From assembly GCF_006345805.1 (NCBI RefSeq), contig NC_043002.1:109554001-109618000 (forward strand): a DNA stretch of 64,000 bases, in the 5' to 3' direction. The notes beneath the pieces were generated by a model. It saw nothing but the letters and a program-made list of their open reading frames with translations. It made no database searches and was not told where the DNA came from. This document shows, in pieces, positions 51,469-64,000 of the stretch. The stretch comes from Octopus sinensis. Lineage: Eukaryota. Position numbers and translations under genes: made by a program. Position 1 is the first letter of the stretch. Every line of letters starts with the position of its first letter.

Positions 51469-51725
51469 TCAGCAAACTCATGGCTGCCAAGATCAGAGAA
51501 CATGAAACCAAAATATCCAAAGGCATCAGTAGCAAAGAACTTGATGTTATGTTCATGGCAGAGTTTGTTGATACGGCAGAGAGCATTACGGAGAGATGAG
51601 GTGATGCAGATCACATTAAACTGCTGGAAGAAGGAGTCAGGTTTGTCATCAATGTTTGATGTATCAACTGTGATCTTAACGAGAGGGTTCAGCTTCTGGG
51701 TGGCCTCCTGTGATGCTTCAGCACG
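51469..51725 (-). CDS. SAE1: SAE1 exon 4 (RAEASQEATQKLNPLV...GYFGFMFSDLGSHEFAE)
   Basis: Acceptor TTGCAG|, donor GA|GTAAGT; 257 nt; LNP-V and GYFGFMFSDLG motifs. Confidence 0.95.
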
Positions 51726-51754
51726 CTGCAACAAATGGAAGAGAAATAAAATAT

Positions 51755-53475
51755 ATAGTTGTGCCGGTAGCATGTAAAAAGCACCATCCGAATGTAGTCA
51801 TTGCCAGTGCTGTCTGACTGGGTCCCATGCCGGTAGCACGTAAAAGGCACCACCCAAGCATAGTTGATGCCAGTGCTGCCTGACTGGGTCCCATGCCGGT
51901 AGCACGTAAAAGGCACCATCCAAGCATAGTTGATGCCAGTGCTGCCTGACTGGCTCCCTATGTCGGTGGCACGTAAAAAGCACCCATTACACTATCAGAG
52001 TGTTTGGTGTTAGGAAGGGCATCCAGATGTAGAAACCTTGCCAGATCAGATTGGAGCCCGGTGCAGCCTCCTGGCTTGCCAGTCCCCAATCAAACCGTCC
52101 AACCCATGCCAGCATGTAAAACAGACATTAAGCAATGATGATGATGATGACAGTCAAAAACTGGTGTATATAGCAAGGCACCTACCATCATCATTTAGCC
52201 TGTTTTCTATCCTGGCAAGAGCTGGCCAATTTGACAGGAGATGGTGAGCCAGAGAAGTGCATTAAGCTCTAATATATGCTTTAGCAGGGTTTCTACAGCT
52301 AGATGCCTTTCCTAAGTGTACTGGGTGCTGTTTTATGGTATGGCACTAGTCAAGTCAACAAGAAATTCATAAGACAAGATCCCTTGAATGAGTGGGGGCT
52401 AGCTTTGTGCCATATACACACATATATACTTATATTCTCCATCATCCCCAGTTGCCTATGTCCACTTTGCCCATGCTAGCATGGATTGGATTGCCCTTCA
52501 TGATGCCAGTGAAAGTAGTAGACCCTGTGTGTGTGCATGCATATCTATGTAAATATATATATATATACATATATAAAGGTGATGCTTTAGATACAAAATA
52601 ATTACAGAGGTATCAAGTTGTTGGATCAGGTAATGAAAATCATGGGCCGACCAAAGCCTTGTGAGTGGATTTGGTAGACGGAAACTGAAACAAGCCTGTC
52701 CACCAACCCCGGTGGCACACAAAAAGCACCAACCAATCGTGGCCGTTGCTACGTAAAAAGCACCCAGCTGTAGAAACACTGCCAGATCAGACTGGAGCCT
52801 GGTGCAGCCTCCTGGCTTCCCAGACCCCAGTCAAACCATCCAACCCATGCAAGCATTGAAAACAGACGTTAAACTATGATGATGATGATATATCATCATC
52901 GTCGTTTAATATCCGCTTTCTATGGGTTGATAGTTTGACTGAGGGCCGGCAAGCCGGAAGGCTGCACCAGGCTCCAATCAGATCTGGTAAAGTTTCTACA
53001 ACTGGATGCCCTTCCTAATGCCAACTATTCCAAGAGTGTAGTGGGTGCTTTTTACATATCACTGGCACAAGGGCCAGTCAGGTGGTACTGGCATCGACCA
53101 CGCTTGAATGGTACTTTGTACATGCCACCAGCATGGGACCAGTCAGTCAGCACTATATATGTGTGTGTGTGTGTGTATAGTACTGAAAAACAACCTAAGG
53201 ATGCTGAACTTTTCAGACGAGATGACTGGCACCTTGCAGTACTCAAGAAGAACTGTATTTCACAGCAGAAATTTTAAGGCTGGTCCCTCTGGTGGTGAAA
53301 AGCACTCATGGCAGTGTCCCGTAAAAGCACCTAGTCCACTCTGTAAAGTGGTTGGGCACTAGGAAGGGCATCTTGTCATAGAAACCATGCCAAATCATAC
53401 TGGAGTCTAGTGCAGCTCCCCAGCTATGGTCAAATGGTCCAACCATGCCAGCATGGACAATGGACCTTAAATGAT
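51755..53475. mobile_element. Cluster of family C SINEs in SAE1 intron 3 (51755-52150 +, 52700-52890 +, 52890-53140 -, 53280-53475 +)
   Basis: Repeated family C cores. Confidence 0.75.
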
Positions 53476-53735
53476 GAATATATATATATATATATACACA
53501 CACCCTTCTCCTCTCTCTCTATACACATATACACTCACACACACACAATCTCCATGAGTAAGGGACACTCCCACAAAGTGTTTCTCAGTTGGGTTAGACA
53601 GGGAACTATGAGGTTGCAGAGTGGACATTGCAAGCACATAGCCATGTCTATATTCATTTCCACAATACAGAAATTCATTAGAATAAGAAGAAGAATGAGA
53701 AAGAAAATGTGGAGGCTGTAAAGTGCAATACTTAC

Positions 53736-53795
53736 ATTACGTCCAACATCCTCTCTAGATACCAAGAATTGGTTACAGCGGTCTTCCTCAGTCAC
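53736..53795 (-). CDS. SAE1: SAE1 exon 3 (VTEEDRCNQFLVSREDVGRN)
   Basis: Acceptor TTACAG|, donor AAT|GTAAGT; 60 nt, phase 0-0; fills the QFL..VGRNRAEAS motif. Confidence 0.92.
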
Positions 53796-53859
53796 CTGTA
53801 AGGTAGACAATGGCAAGAGAAAGATTCATTACAATGAAGAAAAAAAACAACAAAAAATA

Positions 53860-53920
53860 AGCCTTGTGAGTAGATTTGGTAGATGGAAACTGAAAGAAGC
53901 CTGTCGTATATATATATATG

Positions 53921-53960
<40 letters not shown>

Positions 53961-54198
53961 TATATAATATATATATATGTATGCGTGTGTGTCTGTGTTT
54001 GTCCCCCTAGCATTGCTTGACAACCGATGCTGGTGTGTTTACGTCCCCGTCACTTAGCGGTCCGGCAAAAGAGACCGATAGAATAAGTACTGGGCTTACA
54101 AAGAATAAGTCCCGGGGTCGATTTGCTCGACTAAGGCGGTGCTCCAGCATGGCCGCAGTCAAATGACTGAAACAAGTAAAAGATTGAAAAGATTAAAG
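53860..54198 (+). mobile_element. SINE family B (partial)
   Basis: Match. Confidence 0.85.
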
Positions 54199-54329
54199 AG
54201 TCAGTAAATTCATCTTTGCAGTATATTTATTAATATGTACTTGTTATTAATGCCATCTTTACAAAGTATATATTTATACTCAAGGTTCAATAAATAATAT
54301 TGCTAAAACATCAAACCTGCCGCATGTAT

Positions 54330-55010
54330 TTACGTAAAACCCATCAAATTCCTCACAATTATCACTATCTGTTTCCAAAAGTTTCTTATACACATCACAA
54401 GATTCATCACATATGCCATCATTGTAAGGATTCCAGTCTGAGTCTGGTGAATTGATTTCAACTTCATCGTCGCTGTCGTGCTGTTGTACAGAATATCATC
54501 TTTGGTACCCTCCATGGCATTAGAAATACTGCACTTTTTAACCCTTTCGTTACCAACCCGGCTGAAACCAGCTCTGGCTCTGAGTACAAATGTCATGTTT
54601 TCATAAGTTCTGAATTAAAATCTTCCACCAAACCTTAGTCACAATTTATGTTCCTAACATTAGCTTAATGATAACTAAGATATTTTACTAAATTCTTTGT
54701 TATATTTCAAAGTAATTGAAAGAAACACAAAGCATCTCAAAATAAATACAGTAACGAAAGGGTTAAATGATTTTATCACATTTTCTACTTTAACTTTGTC
54801 CCATGCCTTTATAACAGAATCAGAGAACATTACATGCATAGCTCCACCATTTGTAAAAGATTTTTCTCCATTCATCATCCAGTCATTCCATTGCTCTCTC
54901 ACATTATCTTTAAATGGTTTGTTTAAACTGACAACAAGTGGCAGCAGCAGAGAAGTCAAACCACCAGGAATAACAGCAATATCAGTATTGGTTTTGGATA
55001 AGATTTTATA
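54330..55010 (-). mobile_element. pogo/Tigger-family DDE transposase remnant split by a MITE (54542-54762)
   Basis: IAVIPGGLTSLL.PL.VSLNKPFKD...VIKAWDKV...KSF|KKCSIS; removing the MITE and one TTAA restores VIKSFKKC. Confidence 0.85.
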
Positions 55011-55344
55011 TCTTATATGTGAAGCATAATATGTTATACATGTATGTATATTATTGTATATGTCAGTTTAGTAAATAAATAAATAAGTTAATATAATATA
55101 ATGTCCAAAAGTTGATGACTACCACCTATTGATCCCCCCCATTTTCTTATTGCTATATAAAATAATGGTAAAATATCTCTTTACCTTCACCCATTTAGTA
55201 CACTAGGCAATGTAATTGCAATGCAATAAAAAACACTTGTGTATTAATAATTGGGTATTCTACCAGCAGTATATTGGATAGATATTATCCCTTAGTGGGT
55301 TGGATTCACAACCTCTACCTTTCTTGGAGTTATATATATATATC

Positions 55345-55760
55345 ATCATCATCATCATCATTTAGCGTCCGTTTTCCATGCCAGCATGGGTTGGCGGTTC
55401 AACTGGGGTCTGTGAAGCTGGAAGGCTTCATCAGGCCCAGTCAGATCTGGCAGTGTTTCTACGGCTGGATGCCCTTCCTAACGCCAACCACTCCGTGAGT
55501 GTAGTGGGTGCTTTTTACGTGCCACCCGCACAGGTGCCAGACAGAGCTGGCAAACGGCCACGATCGGATGGTGCTTTTTACATGCCACCGGCACGGGGGC
55601 CAAGCGAGGCTGGCAACGGCTACGAACGGATGGTGCCTTTTACGTGCCACCGGCACGGAGGCCAGTCGGGGCGGCGCTGGCAACGGCCACGATTTGATGG
55701 TTCGCTTACTTGTCACCAGCACTGGTATCACAGCTGCAATTTCCATTGATGTTGATCGAC
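55345..55760 (-). mobile_element. SINE family C (SAE1 intron 2)
   Basis: Reverse match. Confidence 0.85.
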
Positions 55761-56154
55761 TTCGATATATATATATTTATGTGTATATATATATGTGAGT
55801 GTGTGTATGTTTGTGTCTCTTTATTTTGACATGATAGTTGAAATTAAAAAGTCATTCATTTCTGATATTCTGCAGAAACATGTTTGACCATGGCGAAATA
55901 TTACCTTGTTTGGAAACAGGTAAGACACTCTGCCTCAACAGACTCTATCTGGCCTAGGTGAGCATGGAAAAGTGGACATTAAAAACAATGATGATGATAA
56001 TATAGCACTGGAGGGGAATAATATATAATGTTAATGTATTTAGCCCTGAGTTGAAGAAGCTGCAACCATCAACTCTAGACTGTGGTAGATATACATCAAC
56101 AGCCTTTCCTGTATAACAAAAGAAAATTGACAGAGAAAGAGAGTGCTTTATCAC

Positions 56155-56266
56155 CTTTTTATGATCCAACAGTGTGAGTGAGTTAATTCCAGAAAGGACA
56201 ATATTCTTAGCAACCTCAGCTCCAAGACCCGACAATCCAACCAGAAGGACTTTTGCTGCTCGCAAC
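56155..56266 (-). CDS. SAE1: SAE1 exon 2 (LRAAKVLLVGLSGLGAEVAKNIVLSGINSLTLLDHKK)
   Basis: Acceptor TTTTAG|, donor AAG|GTGATA; GxxGxG-like nucleotide-binding motif; 112 nt; phase matches exon 1. Confidence 0.95.
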
Positions 56267-57465
56267 CTAAAAATAGAAAATAGAGAAGCGTTTTCATAAA
56301 CTGGTGGCATCACACATCAGAACAACTGCAAGATGCACAACTCAATGAGATCCTCGAGGTGATTTCTTAACCTATTCAAAATCTTTATATTCTATCATCT
56401 TAAATTGGAGACATTGGATGGTGTTATCCAAGGTACACTAAGCTAGAAGAAAAATCTGGATGATCAGCGATAGACTGCTTTTAATCATGACTCCACAACA
56501 TGATGTTTATGCTCAATGTGACAAAGATGATAAAGACATTTTAGATTCCCATTCTTCCTTGTCACTCATATCTATGTCTTACAGGGATAGTTGTGGATTT
56601 AAGGAGCTCCTTTGCTAATGGTCTTTTACAACATCTTCAAGCTGACCAAAGCCTTGAGAGTTAAACTTGATAGACACAAAATGCATGGAAGTTTGTTGGA
56701 AGACCTGCTCCTTCTCTTGGGTGGTAGACTTAACCCTTTAGTGTTCACATTATTCTGCCAAAATTAATGCTTTTTCATCCACTTTGTTTTGAACTAATCA
56801 TGTAGCTATGAGATTTTGATGAGGTAGCTGTTAATTTTTAAAATGATATTGTAGGGTTGGTGTGAGAGACCAGATCTGGCCAGTTTGAACATAAAACAGG
56901 CAGAATACTTTTGGCCGGATATGGCTGGTTTAAATGCTAAATCTGATGGCCAAAGAAAAGGATCAAAGTTGAGACCAAAAGAGTTTTGATTGCAGCACAA
57001 TTCTGTAGCCTCAAACAAGTGGTCTTATTCAAGATGAGAAGATGTGAGTAAGTAACAAATCAGCTATGAGTTCTCAGTTAAATATTGGGTAACGGTAATG
57101 ACATTTTTAATAGCAAAAGATGGAAGAACTATCAACTGAAGACCATTGACTATATATAGTAAAGTTCACAGAGATGTATATGATGTTGATATATCAATCA
57201 AAGTCCGTCATCAGAAAGGGAAAGACGATAGCACTGAAAATATAAGTATTGTTACCTCAAAAGTATATATAAACTTATTTGAATTTGAAAAATGGAAACA
57301 ATTTTTGCTGATGCTAATCATGACTGCTTTTGTTGGAGTTTGGTTGTTATTTGTCATTGACTACTTGGGTAGTAAGTTAGTATAAATTAACAGGTATAAT
57401 TAGTGTTAGAGGTGGATTTAGAGAAAATATAATAGTTAAGATGAGAATATAGAGGGCGACAAAAA

Positions 57466-57680
57466 GCGGCGAGCTGGCAGAAACATTAGCACGCTGGGCG
57501 AAATGCTTAGCAGCATTTCATCTGTCTTTGCGTTCTGAGTTCAAATTCCGCTGAGGTCGACTTTGCCTTTCTTCCTTTCGGGGTTGATAAATTAAGTACC
57601 AGTTGCATACAAGGGTTGATCTAATCGATTGCCCTCCCTTCCCCCAAATTTCAGGCCTTGTGCTTAGAGTAGAAAAGAAT
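57466..57680 (+). mobile_element. SINE family A
   Basis: Match. Confidence 0.85.
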
Positions 57681-57748
57681 ATAGTGGGAGACAAATCAAA
57701 AAGTCTTCCACAACGAAAATATCGCAATGACATATAAGCATTGAAACC

Positions 57749-58162
57749 AGATCTTTTCGGTTTGAACGGCAGTTTTTAACATAATTTCTAGGTAACTAAA
57801 ACATTTTAAACTTCGTATACTGGTAGAATGTGTTTATAAAACATCTTTTTCTCTTGGATTTATCGAGAAAATTCTATAGTTTGTAAGATATTTATTGTTT
57901 TTTTTCTTCAATTTCTGCAATTTCAACCAATCACTGACGTCTATTGAGGTAAAAGAAACATTCTGTGCCGTATGAATATGTCCCTCGTTTAAGAAACAGA
58001 TTGGGTTTATTTACATTTGTGAAGAAAAAAAGATACCCTTCCCCCCACCCCTAACCCTAAAACAGATTGAAATGCAATAGATCGATACTAGGGTCATAAT
58101 TATGGGTGACAATTTCATGTGACACCGCTAGAAAAAAACTGCCGTTCAAACCGAAAAGATCC
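57749..58162. mobile_element. MITE with ~26-bp TIRs and 8-bp TSD
   Basis: TIR GATCTTTTCGGTTTGAACGGCAGTTT; TSD TTGAAACC at 57741-57748 and 58163-58170. Confidence 0.85.
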
Positions 58163-59304
58163 TTGAAACCTAATTAGTCGCTAAAAAGTAACCCTTTTGA
58201 TTTCCATTGACTATCTCTTTATGTGTTTTCAGTCAGTATAAGAAAGAAAATATGTGACTAGTCGAATTATAATAGAGGGGTCGAAATCAGAGGTACTATA
58301 AACAGAAGAATCAACAGAAATTCATCGTGGCCGCCAAACGGAATATGTTGACAAAGTGATACTTTAAACTCTAAGATTGCCTTTGGCAGGTGTATGTTTA
58401 CAGCGCTAATTGATGTACTTGGATAATTAATAACCACGTCTTGCTCACGTTCGTTAAGTAAAGTGATCACAAAATACTTGGACGATCTGACTGATGTAAT
58501 GGGAATGTCATACTGGCTGCGAAAAGACCGGAAATCTAAAAAGTGAAATTTCCATTCCGGGATGTTACAGTACATAAGATTTTCGTTTCGGTACTCATTT
58601 CAGTTTTTGGCTTAGGCAGCAACACACACGCAGGCACATACATATCGCTTCTAATTCATAAAAGAAATCAATGATTGATGGTTAAACGTCGTAAATTTGC
58701 TTGATATATGCTAATAATTGAATGAGAATAAAGTATAGGTTGATATGAAAAATTAGAACCAAGCCGGAACGAAAACAAATAAAATTGTAGGAAATTATAA
58801 ATATTGGAATGAACGCAAAAACGGAAAGAGATGAACGAAAATGTGAATAAAAAGAGGAAAACAAAGTTGTTTGATCTACGCATTTTAGTCGATCGATTCC
58901 TCACCAATTCGTTGTGTTTCTCTCTGTGTATTTCTTTGTTCAATAACCAGTTGTATTGATTGTTTTGCAGGTGAGTGATTTAGAGAGAGAGATATTATTC
59001 CTAGCAGTCTATCGCCAGTTACTAGATTTAAAGACCACCTTGCAAATAACGATATAGAAATTTACACATACACATCAGACTTTATATAGAAAATAAGGAA
59101 TGAAAAGAGACGTGTCTGTAGCGGAGATGTTGAATAATAAGGGACTAAAGGCGTGAATGGAAGCCGGGTTGTGGAGGAAGAAAGACTTCCGAGATAGACA
59201 TGTGCTTGACGAAAATGTAAGGTTTTCAAAGTAATGAAGGGGAAAAGATCTCCATAGTTGCTGTCTTAGGTGTTGTTTAATCATTGATGTGCAGGTTCGT
59301 TTAC

Positions 59305-59387
59305 CTTTTCTGTGCTTCCAGACCCCACAGACGGATTTGTCTGTCGTACAAAGCAGCTTCGTCTTCGCTCAGTCGTTCTTCCACCAT
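59305..59387 (-). CDS. SAE1: SAE1 coding exon 1 (MVEERLSEDEAALYDRQIRLWGLEAQK-R)
   Basis: ATG at 59387-59385; YDRQIRLWG motif of E1-type (ThiF/UBA) enzymes; donor AG|GTAAAC; 83 nt, phase 2. Confidence 0.95.
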
Positions 59388-59415
59388 TTTTCAAGCTATG
59401 TCAATGAAGTTTCTC

Positions 59416-59440
59416 ATTGGTCGAAATCTGACCAATCACA
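59416..59440 (-). promoter_or_regulatory. Paired CCAAT boxes immediately upstream of the SAE1 ATG
   Basis: ATTGG at 59416-59420 and GACCAATCAC at 59430-59439 form an inverted pair 30-50 nt from the start codon. Confidence 0.5.
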
Positions 59441-60199
59441 GAGTAGTTTATCTTTCTGCCGAAACCAAGGCTCTTTTGTTAGCAAAACATTGTTATTGTT
59501 GATAAAGTTTCAGGTCGTCTCTCATTGAACAAATCTATGATCAGAATCATTCCAGCCGTTACCATCCCGTCTGTCTTGGACTATATTGGCTAAGTTGTGA
59601 TTTGAAGTAAATTTGGCTGCTATTTCTAATCACTTCAACAACCATATAGAGGTTCCCCTCTTGTTAATCTTTCCAGACTGATAAAACGCTTATGTAAAAT
59701 AATGAGTTAAAAATATCGGTCAACTAAGATTATCCACGTAATTAGATGACAAAAACTTCCTTTAGAATGCTGAAAACGCACCCACCAACATTGATAATGT
59801 CAGCCGGGCAAAATTTTGGGAAAATAAATAAGCTGCCGACAGGAGTTCTCTCCCTTAGAGATCTGTGACCCACGGACCGTGTTACCACTCATTCTTAAAA
59901 CCTGCTTTCAACCGCAGGCAACAATGGTTTTAGGTTCAGTCCCACTGTACGGCACCTGGGGCAAATATCATCTACTATAACTTAAGGCCAACTAAAGCCT
60001 TGTGAGCGAATTTGGTATATAGAAACTTAAAGTGTGTAAACACACACACGCACACATTTATGTGTGTGTGTATTGCATGTCCTTACCCCCGAATCTAATA
60101 TATTAAATAAAAGATATGAATAGTAATTATCATTATTCAGTACACGTTTATTTTGTACTTTCAAAACCTTCTCTAATAAATATAGTAATGACTGCATCC

Positions 60200-61268
60200 A
60201 GCTCCAATGGATTCTTAAGCGTAAAAAACATTGCGAATAAGTTTATTTGTTGCATATGTTAATGACATAGATGTCAACTTAGAGGATGCCACAGTGCTGA
60301 AATGTGCAGATGACATCAAGCTGTACCTCGAAATAAAGAGGTCAGATCCTGTACACTATAGATCTCTATTGCAATCAGACCTGGACACAATGCAGCAGTG
60401 GATCATGGACCGGCAACTCAAGCTGGCTGTGGACAAATGCACCACCATGCATTTTGGGAGGAAAAAGCCAGCGTCTACTTACTCCCTCCACAACACTAAT
60501 CTCAAAAAGTCTTCTTGTGAACATGATCTGGGCATTATTGTCAACAGCGATTTGCGTTGGACAAAACACATCGCTAAAATTGCCAAGAAAGCTGAGGGTG
60601 TCTTGGCATCACTCACCGAGTCCTTTGTGAGCCACTCTCCGGCTATCTATCTGCGGCTTTATATAGCTATGGTACGACCTCACCTGGAATTTGTATCAGC
60701 GGTCTGGAACCCCTATCTTGCCTAGGATATTAATCGTCTGGAAGCCGTTCAGCGACGTGAAACCAAGAGAATACCCTCCATCAGGCATTTGCCATATTCT
60801 GAACGCCTTACTTCCCTGGGCCTGGACACATTGAAACTCCGACGTCTGGCAGCTGACTTGGTAGACACCCATAAAATTATTAACCATCTTACTAACAATA
60901 ACTCTGAGCACCTTTTCAAACTCCCCCTGTCTAACACTCGTGGACACGTTTACAAAGTCAGAAAACAACACAGCTCCCATGACTTTCGGAAACATTTTTT
61001 CACGCTAAGAGTTGCTGAGCATGGAACAGACTGCCGGCATTAGTTGTTAGTTGTCGGAGCACTGCATCCTTCAAAACTTCCATGCTTCCTGAGATTCGCC
61101 AACACTACACCTGATTTTCTCCCCTCCATATACACGCAAGCATGTATCTGACTTATACACTGTTCGTTTTCCAGACATCTGTACATTACTGCATATAATT
61201 TATACGCACTTTTTGACAAGTTGTGGTGCACCTGAGCACTGTATACAATAATTTCATTATTATTATTT
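60200..61268 (+). mobile_element. CR1/L2-like LINE 3' fragment
   Basis: YVND...CADDIKL (RT), DLGIIV, VRPHLEF..VWNPY, LKLRRL..DL, TRGH, FFTLRV; in-frame stop at 60723; ATT tail. Confidence 0.9.
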
Positions 61269-61631
61269 TAAATATTGGCGCTCGATGCAGTTCCTATCAA
61301 ACCGTGTCAGCATGAAAAGTGGACGGTAAAGGATGATGATGATGATGGTTTATGCAACATGACAATATACTATTGGATTGGGCCTATTTTTACTTGGTCC
61401 AGTATATTTAATACAGCTAATACAATTTGGGGATCTTTTCGGTTTGAACCGTTTCCCGATTTGGTATATACAATTATATCGGTTTTAATTATTTTACTTT
61501 CTAATTATTATTTTTTTAAAGCCTGATTCTCATTCTATTGGTCACTTATGCTGAACCGCTAATTACGGAGACGTAAGCACACTGACTCCAGTTGCCAAGA
61601 AGTGGTAGGACACACACACACACAGCTCTCT

Positions 61632-61720
<89 letters not shown>

Positions 61721-61787
61721 TAATAATATTAGGGAATAAATCCAATTGTATGATTTGCCTAATAGTGGTTTTGTCTCTAATTTAATA

Positions 61788-61826
<39 letters not shown>

Positions 61827-61914
61827 GTGTATTTATACAGTAGTGTCTTCATTTAGGCATAGGGTAGATTCGAACCTGAATGGGCAAATTTCCCATAATA
61901 TTTCGACAGCCCAA

Positions 61915-62390
61915 GGCGGCGATCTGACTGAAACGTTAGCACGCCGGGTGAAATGCGTAGTCGTATTTCGTCTGCCGTTACGTTCTGAGTTGTTTGTCCC
62001 CTCTTTTTTTTAGCCCCTTGTGGGTAGTAAAGAAATAGGTATTTCATCTGCTGTTACGTTCTGAGTTCACATTCCACCGAGGTCGACTTTGCCTTTCATC
62101 CTTTCGGGGTCGATTAAATATGTACCAGTTACGCACTGAGGTCGATATAATCGACTTAATCCGTTTGTCTGTCTTTGTTTGTCCTCTCTGTGTTTAGCCC
62201 CTTTTGGATAGTAAAGAAATAGGTATTTCGTCTGCCGCTACGTTCTGACTTCAAATTCCACCGAGGTCGACTTTGCCTTTCATCCTTTCTGGGTTGATAA
62301 ATTAAGTACCAGTTGCATACTAGGGGGTGGTCAATCTAATCGACTGGGCCCCATCCCACAAAAAGTTCGTGTCTTATACCTAGAATACCT
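61915..62390 (+). mobile_element. Family A SINE with tandemly reiterated body
   Basis: AAAGAAATA|GGTATTTC junctions at about 62030 and 62215. Confidence 0.8.
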
Positions 62391-63083
62391 CTTGTATGCG
62401 GTGGAGAGTTGAATTGAGATAACAGTCGATCCCCGAAGAATATCTTTTGTTTTCTGTAATATACCTGTTTTTAAAACTAGTTTTGCATGGTTGTAAATAC
62501 TAGAATTTGGTAACGGAGGCAACCAGAGATGGCCACAGACAGACAGCCACTTGAGACAAACGGCCAGAGGGAGAAGTTCAATACCAATCAGGTAGGACCA
62601 ATGCCTCACTTGAACGGTTAGATTTAGCAACAAACTCCGTGTATGGGAAACTTTAAAAAAAACGTGTTGTCAAACAGAGTATTTGAAACTTTTCAATCAA
62701 GCTTTGTATCTAAGTTACCTGCGTCGCCACATTCCTGTTATACTTGTTAGAGACATAGGCGCTATAATGAGAGAGTGTTAGAATGCTTGAATAATTACCG
62801 CCAGACATATTTTGACACGGAAAAGCTGGAAAGGTTCGGCTGTTTCAGAATGGAAATTCATCTTATCAAGTATGACCCACGATAGGGTGGTCATCTCATC
62901 CATCTTCACGTTTCTGAAGATTAAAATCATGAAGAGTTTATGGTGAATTAAATCTCGAGGTGTATCATTAGCATTACGCAAAAAAAGAAAAAGAAAATGG
63001 AAGAAAAAATGTCACGAAAAACAGCTTCGAATCGTTAAACTTTAGCGCTGTTTATTGTGACGGTTTCGCATTGAACAACATTG

Positions 63084-63472
63084 CGTGGATGGAAGCACTC
63101 CGTCGGTTACGACGACGAGGGTTCCGGTTGATTCGAATCAACGGAACAGCCTGCTCGTGAAATTAACGTGTAAGTGGCTGAGCACTCCACAGACACGTGT
63201 ACCCTTAACGTAGTTCTCGGGGATATTCAGCGTGACACAGAGAGTGACAAGGCCGGCCCTTTGAAATACAGGTACAACAGAAACAGGAAGTAAGAGTGAG
63301 AGAAAGTTGTGGTGAAAGAGTACAGCAGGGACCACCACCATTCCCTGCCGGAGCCTCGTAGAGCTTTAGGTGTTTTCGCTCAATAAACACTCACAACGCC
63401 CGGTCTGGGAATCGAAACCGCGATCCTATGACCGCGAGTCCGCTGCTCTAACCACTGGGCCATTGCGCCTCC
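63084..63472 (-). mobile_element. SINE family D
   Basis: Near-identical to 16233-16604; ACATTG flanks. Confidence 0.9.
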
Positions 63473-63924
63473 ACATTGTGTAACCAGGAACCAGAAAGAA
63501 AAAACAGCCTACAGTTTGAAAACGAAATCAAACAATAAAACTTAATTCGCTTAAATTCCAAGTTATTGACGTTCTGTACAGTAAAGTGTGAGTGAGCGAG
63601 TGTGAGTGAGTGAGTGAGTGTGAGTGAGTGTGTTGGTCTACAGTTTATTGGTATTTATTAAGGACTTAAAAAACAAAACAAAGACAAAAGATTGTCAAGG
63701 GAAATAACTCTGCGAACATTAGCTATAAATATTGGCATTGAAATTCAGAGCAATCTCTTTGTATTTGTATTTGTCTGTCTTGTAATGTAGCCATTCTATG
63801 TTTCGATCCGTAGTGATCTTAATAAAGATTTCATCTCTTTTCTTCCTGTTGTTTTGCTGCGGTGTCCGAAGGCGGTAATAGATGGATAGGGAATAAATGG
63901 TATTGATGATAATCAATACCATTT

Positions 63925-64000
63925 AAGGCGGCGAGTTGGCAGAAACGTTAGCATGTCGGGTGTAATGCTTAGCGGTATTTCGTCTGCGTTACGTTGTGAG
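63925..64000 (+). mobile_element. SINE family A head (runs off the window)
   Basis: AAGGCGGCGAGTTGGCAGAAACG. Confidence 0.8.

Noticed and set aside
58267-58575. 102-aa intronic ORF
   Set aside because: Non-ATG start, no recognisable motif, no splice support.

Overview
AT-rich, microsatellite- and transposon-dense animal genomic DNA, most likely octopus. The species is an inference from the SINE families and repeat landscape. One intact protein-coding gene is supported: SAE1 (SUMO-activating enzyme subunit 1/Aos1) on the minus strand, with 9 coding exons from 59387 to 42192, all GT-AG introns, and a 1023-nt CDS (340 aa). The rest is mostly mobile DNA. This includes a near-full-length but disrupted R4/Dong-type RT+RLE retrotransposon in a (TAA)n tract plus several truncated relatives, RTE and CR1-like LINE fragments, a Helitron Pif1-helicase remnant and several non-autonomous Helitrons, a Penelope GIY-YIG remnant, a pogo remnant, piggyBac-type MITEs and four SINE families. 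The most interesting signal is about 11 minimal hammerhead-ribozyme-like motifs from at least 5 sequence families, several in the arms of foldback elements. One is a recurrent head-to-head tRNA-SINE palindrome with a hammerhead motif in each arm. Ribozyme calls are by-eye motif matches, not tested. Repeat boundaries are approximate unless a TSD is quoted.
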